This document shows positions 1 through 14,132 of a stretch of DNA of 64,000 bases, one piece after another. Below the pieces are notes generated by a model. It ran no database searches, was not told the DNA's origin, and saw only the letters and a list, made by a program, of their open reading frames with translations. Location: positions 100,442,001 through 100,506,000 of the forward strand of contig CM059432.1 of the NCBI GenBank assembly GCA_030390025.1, in the 5' to 3' direction. The position numbers were made by a program, and so were the translations under genes. The stretch comes from Squalus acanthias (lineage: Eukaryota). How positions within the stretch are numbered: position 1 is the stretch's first letter; every line of letters begins with the position of its first letter.

Positions 1-196
1 TACAGAAGCTGATGATGATGATCTTGCTGTGCATTAGAAGCTTTTTCATTTTTATTTTAAAATTGGAAGTGGTTCTTACAAGGTTATGAAATGGATCAAA
101 ATGAGCTATGGAACAAAAGTAAAAATCGTTATTACTTTCCTAATCTGTTTACATTACAGTTCTGCTTTTAGATGCAATGCTGTAATAAAAACAAGG

Positions 197-287
197 TAAG
201 AACATAAGAACATAAGAAATAAGAGCAGGAGTAGGCCATGCGGCCCCTCGAGCCTGCTCCGCCATTCAATAAGATCATGGCTGATCC
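197..287 (-). mobile_element. CR1/HER1-like LINE 3' end fragment
   Basis: Same 3' UTR (gatcagccatgatc...ggcctactcctgctc) and (TTCTTATG)n tail as the longer CR1 copies. Confidence 0.8.
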
Positions 288-1748
288 AGGTAGTACTAGT
301 GCATCCAGAGTGGGTTTCCAAAAGAGCCTCTAGAGGCAAATGGATTGTTGACACTTAATATTGCTGGCTGCCAATTGTTGACCACAGAACGTCAGAAATA
401 AAGTTTTTAACATCACTGTCCTTTCCATTACATTGGGGGAGGTCTGCAGTTAAAAATTTTAAAGTCACCGATGTGGCTTGTGAGCAACTGTGCATGGATA
501 ATAGTGTGTATGCTTGTGTCACCTCCAGTGTTACCTGGAAATGGTTCCACTATATAAATATCGTCTTAGTTATATTCTACAGTTTCATCATTTGGAAATC
601 AAGTTCAATTTTACACATACTTGAAATGTGGATTTTTGAAGGCAAATTCAAACCCATATTTCAAGAATGATATTCTCGCTGACATGCAGTTCCCAATATT
701 TAATAAGAGGAACAATTTCAGTTGAGGTTCATGGGCTTGTATTGCTTCAAACTCACCATTAAGTCCTAAAGATGTGTGCAAAATTAAGAACATTGTGAAA
801 TTATATAAACTCATACAGTTCAAAACCGAGCAGAGCTAAATTATCATGGTGTGCACTGCAAAGAAAATATGCATTTGAAATATGCTTTTAACACATATGG
901 AAATCAGTTTCTGTAATGTGATTAAAATGTACTTAAACAGATAGCTTAATATAGGAAGTTGCTCATATTGTTTGTTTCCTTTTAATTGCAAATATGCAAC
1001 TGTTTTCTCAGGTCCCATTGAAATCTAAACTCAGGATTACAGCAGTCTATTCAATTTATGCTATCCTTTTTCATCTGTACATAGAGCAAAGTTTCACATC
1101 ATCCTACAAATCATAATGTGCTGTATTTTCATCTAACTACTCGCTATATAGTGCAGAATGCAATGTAACCTTTTTTGTACCTGTGCAGGAAAGAATTACC
1201 TCTTCTAACCATTACCCAGCATTTTCAATTTATTTGAATTATGTGGCCATATAGAAACGACCAAGTTGAAATTGGTGTCAGACGAAAATTGGACATCAGG
1301 CATAAAGCAAAAGTAAAAATGAAACACTTCCTTGAAAAACACTTTCTATTCAAACAAGAAAAGTCTACTCGTACTCCTATTGTATCGTGGGGCAGATATC
1401 TCGCTGTTATATTTGTTCATTTGAAAAATTCTGACTTTTCATTTTGTTGACACTAGCTCTCAGCTTGCATCAAATGCTGAGGAGGAATCTGGTGGCCTCA
1501 GTACTAAGGGGGCTGACTACTCATTTCTTAAATGAACTATCCCTTCCCCACTAAAAAGGTGCCGATGCTAGCTCCCTAGAGTTGTGGCTATAGGACAAGC
1601 AAAAATATCAGCTTATTCTAACATGAGACCTAATGATGCATTAATACTAACAAGTATAGCTCTTGTATCTTGTTACAAATGTCGGCTGGTTATTGCCAAA
1701 TAAGCTTGCAAATCTTACAGACATTTTTGTGATAATACATTAAAAAAA

Positions 1749-1851
1749 AGAAAGACTTGCATTTATATAGCGCCTTTCCCGATCTCAGGACGTCGCAAAG
1801 CGCTTTACAACCAATGAAGTACTTTTGAAGTGTAGTCACTGTTGTAATGTA
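1749..1851 (-). mobile_element. 3' end of a Deu-domain SINE (SacSINE1-like)
   Basis: aagacttgcatttatatagcgcc...gaagtgtagtcactgttgtaatgtag matches the copies at 18925 and 39876-40160. Confidence 0.75.
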
Positions 1852-2053
1852 GTTTTAACATAGGATTGCTTTTCAAAACGTGAGTTTTGTTGTGAGTAAA
1901 TGCTCTTCAGATAATGAGTTAAATTTTATTTGATATCTGTTGCAGCAGGAATGTATGTTTAATTTCACAATTCAAATGTCTTGTGTAACCATGACCCAGA
2001 AATTAGCTGTGAAATACAAGCTTACAAGTGGTAACACATTCATCTATCAACCT

Positions 2054-2240
2054 TAGCTCAATGGTAGCGCTCAAGCCTCTGCGACAGAAGGTGTGGGAAC
2101 AAGCCCCACTCCAGGACTAGAGCACATAATCTTGGCTGATACTGTAGTATAGCACTGAGATAGTACTCCACTGTCGGAGGTGAGTCTTTTGGGTAAAACT
2201 GAGGCCCCATCTGTCCTCTTAGGTAGATCTAAAAGCTCCT
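2054..2240 (+). mobile_element. 5' part of a SacSINE1-like SINE (tRNA-like head), degenerate
   Basis: A-box-like agctcaatggtagc, then aagccccactccaggactagagcacataat...cactgtcggaggtg as in the other copies. Confidence 0.65.
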
Positions 2241-2290
2241 CGTCTGGAATTTCCATGGGGTTCTCATAGTGTTCCTGATACACAGGATAT

Positions 2291-5103
2291 GATGGCCTGG
2301 GAAATTAGATTAAAAGGTATGACAGTCGATAAGCAGTGGAAAACATTTAAAGAATATTTCAAAATTCTCAACGAATATACATTCCATTGAGAAATAAAAA
2401 CTCCACGGGAAAAGTTATTCATCCGTGGCTAACTAAAGAAGTTAAGCATAGTATCAGATTAAAAGAAGAGGCTTATAATGTTGCGAAGAATAGTAGTAAG
2501 CCTGAGGATTGGGAGAGCTTTAGAAACCAGCAAAGGATGACCAAAAAATTGATTAAAAAAAGGAGAAAGCAGAATAGGAGAGTAAACTAGCAAGAAATAT
2601 AAAAACAGATTATAAGAGCTTCTACAAGTATATAAAAAGGAAGAGAATAGCAAAAGTTAGCATTGGTCCCTTAGAGGCTGAGACAGGAGAAATTACAATG
2701 GGGAATAAATTTGGTTGCTTTGTGCCTCCCTAAGGCGGCGCAAAGCAACTAGCACCCAGGTGCGGCGTTGCTAACGCCTCCCGCGAAATTCAGCGGGAGG
2801 TTAGTAGCGACGTTAACCGGTAGCGCCCCGTGGTGCTGCGCCTCCAGCGATGACCTCATCGCCGTGCACAGCACCCCGGCCGTGAACTTTGGTAGCGCCC
2901 CCTGACTTACTGCCGGACGCTATATCCGACAGGGTCAGGGGTTGTACGTGCGGCCGGGGTGGCGATATTTAAAGGGGAGGTGCTTGGCGGCCATTTTTGT
3001 TGCTGGTCACCTGCCAGCACCTGCCCCCTTTGCCATCTCCGGCCTCCTATGCAGCCCTCCCGCGGGGTGTCAGCCTGGCACTCCTCTTGAGTGCCGTGCT
3101 CTTTTGCCAGCACCCCGATTCCTGGTGGCCCAGCTGGGCCCCGGGTCACGCTGCAAGGCCTGCAGTACCACGGCGCTATGTGCCACAGTGCCACGTAGCA
3201 CCGCGATATTCACTGGTAGTGCCCCAAGATGGAGGGGGAACGCGTCCAGTAGCGCCCCGCCTCCCTCTTGGGGTGCCACCAGTGAATTTCGGGCGTGGGG
3301 GAGCTAACTTTTTCAGGCGCTAAAAATAGTGCCCCAGTGAAGTTAGCGCCCCAAAGGGAGCGCAACCAATTTTTTCCCCCAAGGACTTTAAACAAATATT
3401 TTGTATCTGTCGTCACAGTAGAAGACTCAAAAAGCATACCCAAAATACTGGGTAACCAAGGGGCTAAAGAGAGTGAAGAGCTTAAAGTAATTAAGATCAG
3501 TAGAGAAAAAGTACTTGAGAAACAAATGGGACTAAAAAGCCAACAAATCTCCTGGAACTGATGGCTTACATCCTCGGGTTCTAAAAGAGGTGGCTGCAGA
3601 GATAGTGGATGCATTAGTTGCGATTTTGCAAAATTCCCTAGATTCTAGAACGGTCCCAGCGGATTGGAAGGTAGCACATGTAACACCGCTATTCAAGAAA
3701 GGAGGGAGAGAAAACAGGGAATGACAGTCCAGTTAACCTGACATCAGTTGTCGGAAAAATGCTGGAATCCATTATTAAGGAAGTGGTAACAGGGCATTTA
3801 GAAAATCATAATATGATTAGGCAGAGTCAACATGGTTTTATGAAAGGGAAATCATGTTTAACAAATTTATTGGAGATTTTTGAGGATGTAACCAGCAGGG
3901 TAGATAAAGGGGAACCAGTGGATGTAGTATATTTGGATTTCCAAAAGGCATTCGATAAGGTGCCACATAAAAGGTCGTTATGAAAGATAAGGGCTCATGG
4001 GATTGGGAGTAATATATTAGCATGGATAGATTATTGGTTAACAAACAGAAAACAGAGAGTAGGGATAAACGGGTCATTTTCTAGTCGGCAGGTGGTGACT
4101 AGTGGGGTACTGCAGGGATCAGTGCTTGGGCCCCAGCTATTCACAATATATATCAATGATTTGGATGAGGGAACCAAATGTAATATTTCCAAGTTTGCTG
4201 ACGACATGAAACCAGGTGGGATTGTGAGTTGTGAGGCTTCAAGGCGATTTAGACAGGATGAGTGGGAAAATACATGGCAGATGCAGTATAACGTGGATAA
4301 ATGTGAAGTTATCCACTTCGGTAGGAAAAACAGTAAGGTAGAGTATTATTTAAATGGTGATAGACTGGGAAATGTTGATTTACAAAGGGATCTGTGTGTC
4401 CTTGTACACCAGTCACTGAAAGCAAACATGCAGGTGCAGCAAGCAGTTAGGAAGGCAAATGGTATGTTGGCCTTCATTGCAAGAGGATTTGAGTACAGGA
4501 GCAAGGATGTCTTACTACAGTTATACAGGACCTTGGTGAGACCACACCTGGAGTACTGTGTGCAGTTTTGGTCTCCTTACCTAAGGAAGGATATACTTGC
4601 CATAGAGGGAGTGCAGCGAAGGTTCACCAGACTGATTCCTGGGATGGCAGGACTGTAGTATGAGGAGAGATTGGGTCGACTAGGCCTGTATTCACTAGAG
4701 TTTAGAAGAATGAGAGGGGATCTCATTGAAACGTATAAAATTCTGACAGGGTTAGACAGACTGGATGCAGGGAGGATGTTTCCCCTGGCTGGGGGCTCTA
4801 GAACGAGGGGTCACAGTCTCAGGATACGGGGTAGGACATTTAGGACTGAGATGAGGAAAAATTTCTTCACTCAGAGGGTGGTGAACCTATGGAATTCTCT
4901 ACCACAGAAGGCTGTGGAGGTCAAATCACTGAATATATTTAAGAAGGAGATAGATAGATTTTTAGACACAAAAGGCATCAAGAGGTATGGGAAGAGAGCG
5001 AGAATATGGTATTGAGATAGAGGATCAGCCATGATCATATTGAATGGCGGAGCAGGCTTGAAGGGCCGAATGGCCTACTCTTGCTCTTATTTTTCTATGT
5101 TTT
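2291..5103 (+). mobile_element. 5'-truncated CR1 LINE (ORF2 reverse transcriptase), interrupted by a MITE at about 2700-3380
   Basis: Frameshifted ORF2 pieces: PWLTKEVK, SQHGFMKGKSCLTNLL, YLDFQKAFDKVPH, GVLQGSVLGP, KFADD, RPHLEYCVQFWSP, FFTQRVVNLWNSLP; CR1 3' UTR and tttctatg tail. Confidence 0.95.
2700..3380. mobile_element. GC-rich Harbinger-type MITE inside CR1
   Basis: Imperfect TIRs GGGGAATAAATTTGGTTGC / GCAACCAATTTTTTCCCCC; ends resemble the right end of the 23111 family; CR1 frame resumes afterwards. Confidence 0.8.
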
Positions 5104-5408
5104 CAATGAGAGGGTTATCCTATGAGGAGAGATCGAGTAGATTGGGCCTATACTCTCTGGAGTTTAAGAATGAGAGGTGATCTCATTGAAGCATATATGA
5201 TTCTGAGGGGGATTGTCAGGGTAGATGCTGAGAGGTCGTTTCCCCTGGATGGAGAGACTAGAACTTGGGGGCATAGTCTCAAGACAAGGAGTCGGCCATT
5301 TAAGATTGAGATGAGGAGAAATTTCTTCACTCAGAGGGTTGTGAATCTTTGGAATTCTCTACCCCAAAGGTGATGAATCGTTGAGTATATTCAAGGTTGA
5401 GAAAGATA

Positions 5409-6127
5409 GGGTTAGAAATTCCCCTGGTTTGCGCCTCCCGTTAGTGCCTCCGGGGGGCGATAACGGGGTGCTACCGGCTTTGCAACCGGGCGTGGCGAGA
5501 GTACCACCACCTGCGAACTTCCCCTGCGGGTTAGTGGCGGCGGTAAACCCCAATGCCGTGATCTCCTGCGCCCCGGAGATCGTGACATAATCCGGTGCAC
5601 AGTGCCCCGGTACCGCCCCGGATGCGAACTTGGCTTCCGCCCGCTGCAACATCGCTGGGCATCAACACCGGCAGCTGCAGGAGGCGTTGTCACCACAGAT
5701 GGCCGCTTGGGGTGTGGTAGTTAAAGGGATTACCGGTGAGGTAGGCGAAAATTGTTTTATCAAGACTCTGCATTTTCTTCTATTTTTCAGGTGCCGTGAT
5801 TGATCAGCCCTGCACTGTTAGAGTGCTTGGGGCTGATCGGCGCCAATCAGAGGTGCCGTCGGCGATCAAAGGATTTGTTTTCTTGCAGAGCCTGCAGCAA
5901 TGGCCCTTCTCTTTAAGGGAGGGAAGGAGCCTCTGATCCCGACAGCACCGCACTGGACATAGTGCAGCGCTCTGCCGCTACTGCCCCTCTTCCATGGTTT
6001 AACGCTCCAAGGGAAGTGGTAGCGCCTGATGTAGCGCTCCACTTCCCTCCTGGAGCGCTAAACTGGAAGTTTGCGTCCGTTAGAATTGGGTAGCGCCCAG
6101 CGATAGTTGATACCCAATTTCTTCCCC
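5409..6127. mobile_element. Harbinger-type MITE, TSD ATA
   Basis: ATA|GGGTTAGAAATT ... AATTTCTTCCCC|ATA; related to 37518-38263 and 55699-55939. Confidence 0.85.
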
Positions 6128-6139
6128 ATAGACTTTGTA

Positions 6140-6985
6140 GGCTGGATTTTGAAGTTGGAGTCGTGTTGGGGTCGGGAATCACACATTCTGGCTTGTGAAC
6201 CCGCCTCCATCGAGATGTGGCCAACCCACTGTATTTTCCCTTGATTGACCTTGTTGAGCCCGCCCAGTGGGCTCAGCAGGCCAATTAAGGGCCACCCGGC
6301 AACAGGTGACGTCACAGACTGACATTTCATCTGTCAAGAGCTTTTGACAGATGAAATATCAGCGTTTGACAGCTCTGTGAAGCTGTCAAACACTCACAAT
6401 ATGATTTCTAACTTCAGTCCTTCCTTTCAGGCTGAGTTAGAAATCATTCCAGCACAGAAAACAGAAGGCTGCAGGTTTTGACAGAACCACGGCTTTCCTG
6501 CTTTCTGTGCCAGTGAGATTTCTAACTCCCGAGAACTGAAGGGCTGACACCTGCAGGAGGAAGTTAAGGTAAGTAAAACTTTTTCCAACACTTAGCACTT
6601 ACCTTACACACTTACCTCTGCACACATGCACCCATCACTCACCTGCCCACCGGACATATCGACCCCTCCAACCCCTGCAGACTCACGGCCCGACCCGATA
6701 ACTTGGAGTGTTTGCCACCCGTCGGGAAGCCCACACTTCTGTTTTTAAAATAGGGATTATGCAAAAAACTGCCTGTTAACTACCTGTTAACAGGCAGTTA
6801 ATTGTCACTAATTCCCTTCCCGCCTCGGGGAGTCGGGTCTCAGACCAGGTCGGGTACCCGCCGCCAGAGAAACTGGCATGGAGGCGGGTTGGAGTCGGGA
6901 TGGGGTCGGGACCCCCGAATCTGCAACTTTAACCCCCCCCGGCCGACTCCAAACCCGACGCCACGGGTCATTCAAAATCCAGCCC
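6140..6985. mobile_element. Harbinger-type MITE
   Basis: TIRs GGCTGGATTTTGAA / TTCAAAATCCAGCC; subterminal ggaggcgggttggagtcggg shared with the 45235 element; internal palindromes at about 6325-6540. Confidence 0.8.
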
Positions 6986-7809
6986 TTAGACTCTAGGGGA
7001 ATCAAGGGATATGGAGATCAGACAGGAAAGTGGAGTTAAGGTCGAAGATCAGCCATGATCTTATTGAATGGTGGAGCAGGCTTGAGAGGCCTTATGGCCC
7101 ACACCTGCTCCTAATTCTTATGTTCTTATGATAGTGAATAATGTAAAAGAGCCTTTGAAAGAATGAGGTGAATGCACTATTTGTTACAAAAAGTCAATTT
7201 TACTCTGGCAAGACTTTTTCTCAATAGTTCAGAATATTGGTCCCAAAAATCGGCACGCTTGCAATCGCGGCCGCCAAGAGCTTCTGCCACGGATCCTGGC
7301 AGACCTCCTGGGGTTAGAAGTAGGTTTCCTAATTATATTGTTATTGGTGGGTGGGGTGCCACTAGAGATGCATCTAGAGCACTCTCCATTCGAAAAGGTC
7401 AGAAATTCCAGCCAAAGATTCCCCTCTCTCCCAAACCCGTGAACAAATTATACATATCCTTGCAGCCCCCATTGTAAATAATCTGCTTTAAAAAAAAGGA
7501 AATTCTTCCCACATTTTCAGGGGTCCAGACCACAATCTCAGCCTGGACTCCCCAGGTGGGTCGTATAACCAATGGTGTTCAGGGAGGCATATCTGGTCTG
7601 ACCAGGCATATCTCTGCTGACACTACACTGGTTCCAGTGAAAGCGTATGGGAACTCCTTAAATAAGAAGTCCACCCCCACCAGACAACAATAACCATATT
7701 TGGGGCAGGCATAGGCTCCAACCCCGTGCAGGCTGTCAAGGGGACTTCTGCCCAAGACTGGGACACAGCAAATCCAGGTGTCGGCCATTCTGATGGACTG
7801 TTACGAAGT

Positions 7810-8650
7810 TATTGTTTTCGGTCCCCGCCACAAACTCCGTTCCCTAGCCACTGACTCCATCCCGCTCCCTAATATCTGTCTGAGGCTGAATCACACTGTT
7901 CGCAACCTTGGTGTCATATTTGACACTGAAATGAGCTTCTGACCACATATCCGCAGCATAACTAAGACATCCTATTTCCACCGCCATAACATCGCCCGCC
8001 TCTGCCCTTGCCTCAGCACATCCGCTGCTGAAACCTCATCCATGCCTACCTCTAGACTTGACTATTCCAATGCACTCCTGGCTGGCCTCCCACATTCTAC
8101 CCTACGTAAACTTGAGGTTATCCAAAACTCGGCTGCCCGTGTCCTAACTCACACCAAGTCCCGTTCCCCCATCACCCCTGTGCTCGCTGACCTACATTGG
8201 CTCCCGGTTAAACAAAGCCTCGATTTCAAAATTCTTATCCTTGTTTTCAAATCCCTCCATGGCCTCGTCCCTCCCTATCTCTGTAATCTCCTTCAGCCCC
8301 ACAAACCCCCCCCCGCCCCCCACCGAGATATCTGCACTCCTCTAATTCTGCCGTCTTGAGCATCCCTGATTATAATCGCTCAACTATTGGTGGCTGTGCC
8401 TTCTGTTGCCTAGGTCTAGGACCCTAAGCTCTGGAATTCCCTGCCTAAACCTCTCCGCCTCACTACCTCTCTTTCCTCCATTAAGATGCTCCTTAAAACC
8501 TACCTCTTTGACCAAGCTTTTGATCACCTGCCCTAACTTCTCCTTATGTGGCTCGGTGTCAAATGTTTTGTCTTTTAATACTCCTGTGAAGCGTCATGGG
8601 ACGTTTTACTACTACGTTAAAGGCTGTATATATAAATACATGTTGTTGTT
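7810..8650 (+). mobile_element. L2-clade LINE 3' fragment
   Basis: VRNLGVIFD, SRLDYSNALLAGLP, IQNSAARVLT, ITPVLADLHWLPV; L2-type tail ...ctacgttaaagg...tataaata...tgttgttg. Confidence 0.9.
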
Positions 8651-8764
8651 ACTGCAGCAGCAGTACGTCAGATCTGCCATAGATTTTCAGAGCTATTTGG
8701 GTTGAGTTTCCGCTTGTTATATCAGCATAGTCCAGGCAGAATCGGCTGAACCAGCGCAAAAGAT

Positions 8765-10688
8765 GGGGGAATTTTAAACGCAAGTGGGTTACAACCAAAA
8801 CCACTTACGCTCATGTATTCTGTGATTTTTTTGCTAGTTTATGATTCAATTTGCTGAATCAGGCCCCGCTCATAAAACTGGCCACAGCAACAAGTTGAAA
8901 TTGCGAGATTCTGCTAGTTAGGGAAGGCTCTTCAAATTGCGCTTAATTTTCATAGACACACAGGCACTAGTCGGCACATTTAAAAGTGTTTTCATATCAA
9001 ATAGTATTTAAGAACATAAGAACATAAGAAATAGGAGCAGGTGCAGGCCATTCGGCCCTTCGAGCCTGCTCCGCCATTCCATGAGATCATGGCTGATCTT
9101 CTGCCTCAACTCCATTCACCGGCCCTATCGCCATATCCCTTGATGCCCTTACTAGTCAGAAATCTATTGACTTCTGTTTTGAATATACCCAATGACTGAG
9201 CCTCCACAGCCCTCTGGGGTAGAGAATTCCAAAGATTCACCACCCTCTGTGTGAAGAAATGTCTTCTCATCTCAGTCCTGAATGGCCTACCCTTTATCCT
9301 GAGGCTGTGGCCCCTGGTTCTAGACTCCCCAGCCAAGGGAAACATTCTCCCAGCATCCACCCTATCAGGTCCTGTAATGATTTTGTATGCTTCAATGAGA
9401 TCCCCTCTCATTCTTTTGAATTCAAGAGAATACAGGCCTAGTTTACTCAATCTCTTCTCATACGACAGTCCCACCATCCCAGGAATCAATCTCGTGAACC
9501 TTTGTTGCACTCCCTCTATGGCAAGTATATCCTTCCTTAGGTAAGGAGACCAAAATTGGACACAGTACTCCAGGTGTGGTCTCACCAAGACCCTATATAA
9601 TTGGAGTAAGACTTCTTTACTCCTGTACTCAAATCCTCTTGTAATGAAGGCCAGCATACCATTTGCCTTCCTAATGGCTTGCTGCACCTGCACATTCACT
9701 TTCGGTGACTCATGTACAAGGACACCCAGGTCCCTTTAAGCATCTGCATTCCCCAATCTTTCAGCATTTAGGAAATACTCTGCCTTTCTGTTTTTTCTAC
9801 CAAAGTGGATAACTTCACATTTATCCACATTATATTCCATCTGCCATGCTCTCGCCCACTCACTGAGCCTGTCGCGATCCCCTTGAAGCCTCTTCACATC
9901 TGACACTGCCACCTAGCTTTGTATCATCAGCAAATTTGGAAATGTTACATTTAGTCCCCTCATCCAAATCACTGATATAGATTGTGAATAGCTGGGGCCC
10001 AAGCACCGCTCCTTGCGGTACCCCACTAGTCACAGCCTGCCATCCTGAAAAAGACCTGTTTATTCCTACTCTTTGTTTTCTGTCTGTTAACCAATTCTCA
10101 ATCCATGCGAGTATATTACCCCCAATTCCATGTGCCCTAATTTTGTTCACCAACCTCTTGTGTGGGACCTTATCGAAGACCTTCTGAAAATCCAAATACG
10201 CCACATCTACTGGTTCCCCTTTGTCTACTCCACTAGTTACATCCTCAAAGAACTCCAATAGGTTTGTTAAACAGGAAATTTAATTTACTATGAAACTGAC
10301 TAGTGTACACCAATGAAACTATTAAATGGTTCAGTATAGTTTTTTTTAAGTCATTTTCAGCGATTTTAAATCAGGTTACTCACAGGTGGAGGATTGGTCA
10401 CACTTATTAAAAAAGCTTATTTTTGGTGATAAACCCATTTGCAGCTGTATTAATAAAACTGCACAAGGTTACGACTCTTAAAAACATCAAAGAATACCTT
10501 TTAATGGAAAGGGAAAAAAAGATTGCGTTCTATTATGCTGTCCAATTGCGCTGGTTCATGGAAGATTTTACGTTTGTGATTATGCAAATGAGTTTGAGAG
10601 GAAACTTGAAATGTAGCCTAACCAGCGCAGTTTCAAACGCATTTTGGGCACAATTTCTTGATTACGCCCAAAGCGGGAACTTTACCCC
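8765..10688. mobile_element. Probable older TIR element split by a CR1 insertion
   Basis: GGGGGAATTTT at 8765 and AACTTTACCCC at 10688 bracket the CR1; TSD unclear. Confidence 0.4.
9009..10273 (-). mobile_element. 5'-truncated CR1 LINE (RT C-terminal half plus 3' UTR)
   Basis: ORFs 9860-10258 and 9106-9699 ([33 protein letters not shown]); (TTCTTATG)n tail. Confidence 0.95.
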
Positions 10689-11427
10689 ATTATGATTAGT
10701 ACAAGCCCTCAAATGTGGACGCCATTAAAGATGCTCCTCTTTCCATTTTTTTCTGCTGGCACTAAAATATTTGGTGACCTACATCAGAACGTGTTGTGGT
10801 AGGATGGCAGTGGGGCGCCACAAGATATTCAAAGATGCAAATGAGATTATAGTTCTTTCAAATTCCGCTTCAGGCTACTCACTAACTGTACATCATGATT
10901 TGTGAGATTAGACCAATCTTGTGTAAACTGCAGTAAGTGACACCCGTTGAATTTCTTTCTACTCTCTTCTCCTTGTGATTAGATATTTTGCTCTCCAGGC
11001 CTGCCCTGTTGGGATTTGAATTTAAAAATTCAAACTAATCAAAATTGCAATGAATAGATCATCAAAATGGCCTCTCTGCAGGAGATGTGGCATAAGGCTA
11101 ATAATTTGCGCTTATCTTCTCTGAACATTTTATGAAGTTCAAAAATTTTTGAACTACAAGGAGAATTTTTCAAGTACATGTGTCGCTTTCTCCAACTTTA
11201 TCTGTCCTTTGGTGAACCAACTATTGATAAACTAACTATTCAGGGTTCCTGATCAGATTTTATTTCTTGACTTGACTGAGAAAACCATTTAATTAAGTTT
11301 CTGCACATGCCTTTAGGAAATTAAAGAAAGTAATAATTCCAGAGAGAATTTAATATTGACTAATTGGAGTGTGCCAAGTTCCTTACTAGAAACATTATAA
11401 AGTAATGGGCTCCTGACAAAACACCAG

Positions 11428-11480
11428 CGACCTGAAACGTTAACCCTCTCTCCATGGTGCTGCCTGCCCTGCTGAGTGTT
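11428..11480 (+). mobile_element. Short Penelope-like terminal-repeat fragment (ribozyme core lost)
   Basis: gacctgaaacgttaac...gctgcctgccctgctgagtgtttccagcattttctgtttt matches 59505-59585. Confidence 0.7.
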
Positions 11481-11802
11481 TCCAGCATTTTCTGTTTTAA
11501 TTATAAAGTAGAGCCACTTTGAGGATGATGTGCAATATGGATAAATTGGTAATATCCGAGTATTCTTTTATGGCCCAGGAACTTGCTCGCAGATAAATCT
11601 GGAGGGATGGGTGGGTGGCGGGGGGGTGACAATTCAGCATAGAATATCTAGCGCTTGAAGGTACTGGAAATCCTGGTTCTGGTTATTATTTTACCACAGA
11701 CTCAACCAAAATATTACACTGATACATGGAAATGAATGTAAAGATAAATGAAACAATGAGGCTGTGGGTGAGTGCAGGTAAAGAAATCTTGAATGCCGTT
11801 TA

Positions 11803-12063
<261 letters not shown>

Positions 12064-12375
12064 TCAGCATACTTACTCTTGTGAATAAGCCAAATGAGAT
12101 CCTGAACTATAGGATATGCCTAGAGGATAAAGTTATTGGATTTTCAATGCACTAAAATCCAAATAGTTATAAAGATTTACTCGAGTACCGTTTTTATTGA
12201 TTTTGATTAAATATTTCTTTTATATGGCCTGCATGGACTGAAAAGTGTTGGCTTATTATTCTGTCGCGGTAACTTTTGAAGTTTCAAGAATTATCTTGTG
12301 CTTTCAGGCCCTTAGTCAATTCCTTATTGAGGAATTCATGACAGTGATGGAGAAGAGCACACGCAATTGGATTTA

Positions 12376-12475
12376 CTTTCCCTCAGTCGCTAATGCCCGT
12401 GTGAGTGTAAAATGGCTTTCTGCGTTTTATACTCACGCCAACCTTTGCACTCACATTAGTGACTGGAGGAAAGTA
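12376..12475. repeat. Short hairpin / old MITE core
   Basis: actttccctcagtcgctaatg ... cattagtgactggaggaaagt inverted arms. Confidence 0.55.
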
Positions 12476-12931
12476 TTCTCAATGTATCTAAAACACTCTC
12501 ATATTTCATCTTGACAACATAATGCATGACATTGAGGTTATATGCAATAACGCTCAGTAGCTTACTTAAAAAAGACGTATTGAGTCAGAGGTACCAAACC
12601 TTCATCCTTTTGCTTCTGTGGGCTACGTGCCCTGTGTCACTCTGTGGTTTATTTTTTTCTAGGAACTGTGAATCCTGATAAGTGGTCTCTAATTTATATA
12701 ATAACATAATTGGGAGAAATGTCTGTAGAATCTATTCAGTCCAGTGAAAGTGAATTAATACAGTAGCCACAGTCATATAAGCAGGATGCTTCAGCAATCT
12801 TATCATTTCAAACATTAGTGTGACTTTTGCTCCCTTCAAGCTCAGTAACTATTCCAAGCCAGCTGCCCAAATAGGTCATCAGGGCTGACTGTTCATACAA
12901 AAATATTTAAATTAAATTTAATAAAGATATA

Positions 12932-13792
12932 GGCCGCGATTTTATCAATGGAAGGCGGGTTGGGTGCGGGGAAGGTGGTTTCCGGCTTCCAGTCCCGTCC
13001 CCAGCTGCATCCGGCCCACAGACGTGATTTTACGTTGATTGACCTTGTTAAGCCTGCCCTGCGGGCTTGCCGGCCAATTAAGAGGAAGCGGGTCAGATGA
13101 CATCATTTGATGATGCGTCATCTGCCGGTTTTCTTAAAGGGACCACACACAATTTTTTTTGACAGTTGATTTCTCAGTGTTTGACAGCATTGAGGTGCTG
13201 CAAATACTGGCAATCACTGCACAAAGGTCACCTCTTGCACCCAGGCTCTCCAATGACTCCCTGCATAGGTTGGAATAGATGGCAGCTGCAGGTGAGGTGA
13301 CAGAAGCGATCTGTCACTGGTGAGAGGTTCTCCCAATGAGGTGGCACTGGACATGGATTTCAAAACTTATAACCTAAAGAAATGTGTAAATGTATTAAAA
13401 ATGCATTTCCCAAAGTTTTCTTACCTCTGAGACTCACCAGTGCAACATTGGATCCTTCATACCACTTCTGCAGCTGTCATCAATCCAAAAACATTACAGC
13501 AGACTCACAACACGCCACACTAACCTGGCGTGGTGTCCGGACGTCGGGAAACCCGAGGCAGAAGCAGCAAAATCAAAAATAGCCTGTCAACTACTGGCAA
13601 CTACCTGTTAATAGGCAGGTAATAGTCTTTAATCCTCTTCCCGCCGCTAGGTGTTGGGTCCCTGTGCAAATCAGGGACCCAACACTTGGGAAAATTGTTT
13701 GGAGGCGGGTTGACGGCGGGATCGCAACCCGCCGTCAATCAAAACGATTTTACCCTTTGACCCGCCCTCTGAGCGCCGGCAAAATCGCGGCC
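12932..13792. mobile_element. Non-autonomous Harbinger deletion derivative, TSD ATA
   Basis: Perfect 12-bp TIRs GGCCGCGATTTT / AAAATCGCGGCC with ATA on both sides; Myb-ORF remnant (cccaggctctccaatgactccctgcat); right subterminal region matches 48250-48350. Confidence 0.9.
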
Positions 13793-13919
13793 ATAGTATT
13801 TTATGTTAATATATAAAATCCTACCTGCAGGTCTCTGGCAATCATGTTGTGAATTGACCATTACGAGGTGAAGAGCCTTGACAACAAATGTCTGTCGAGG
13901 CAAATATTTGGCCACAACT

Positions 13920-14132
13920 AAGCCCAATTCTGCACTGCATATTACCAGCAAAGGTCACAGGATGGTGATCAGGGAGTGACATAACCCAGGGCTACTTTGA
14001 GGCCAATAGTAGAATCCTTACTGCTCTGGTTGAGATCAGCTAACTCAGCAGACCAGAGATTGAATTTAGTGTTTGCTTGTCTACGTGACTGGACCAATCA
14101 TGAGATAAACTCACCGAGTCACTGGAGGAGCC
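13920..14132 (-). mobile_element. Old degenerate SINE-like repeat (also at about 56995-57290, plus strand)
   Basis: Shared motif ttc/tgatc(c/t)ctggt...(g)ctgagttagctgatctca; family not determined. Confidence 0.4.

Larger units (their letters stand above)
5107..7130 (+). mobile_element. CR1 3' fragment (5107-5408 and 6986-7130) split by two adjacent MITEs
   Basis: RMRGDLIE...FFTQRVVNLWNSLP; the 3' UTR resumes at 6986 and ends in ttcttatgttcttatg. Confidence 0.85.

Noticed and set aside
2907..3614. Overlapping ORFs in GC-rich MITEs (also 5359-6330, 14441-15030, 37471-38219, 49319-50134)
   Set aside because: No domain motifs; open frames are expected from high GC and few stop codons.
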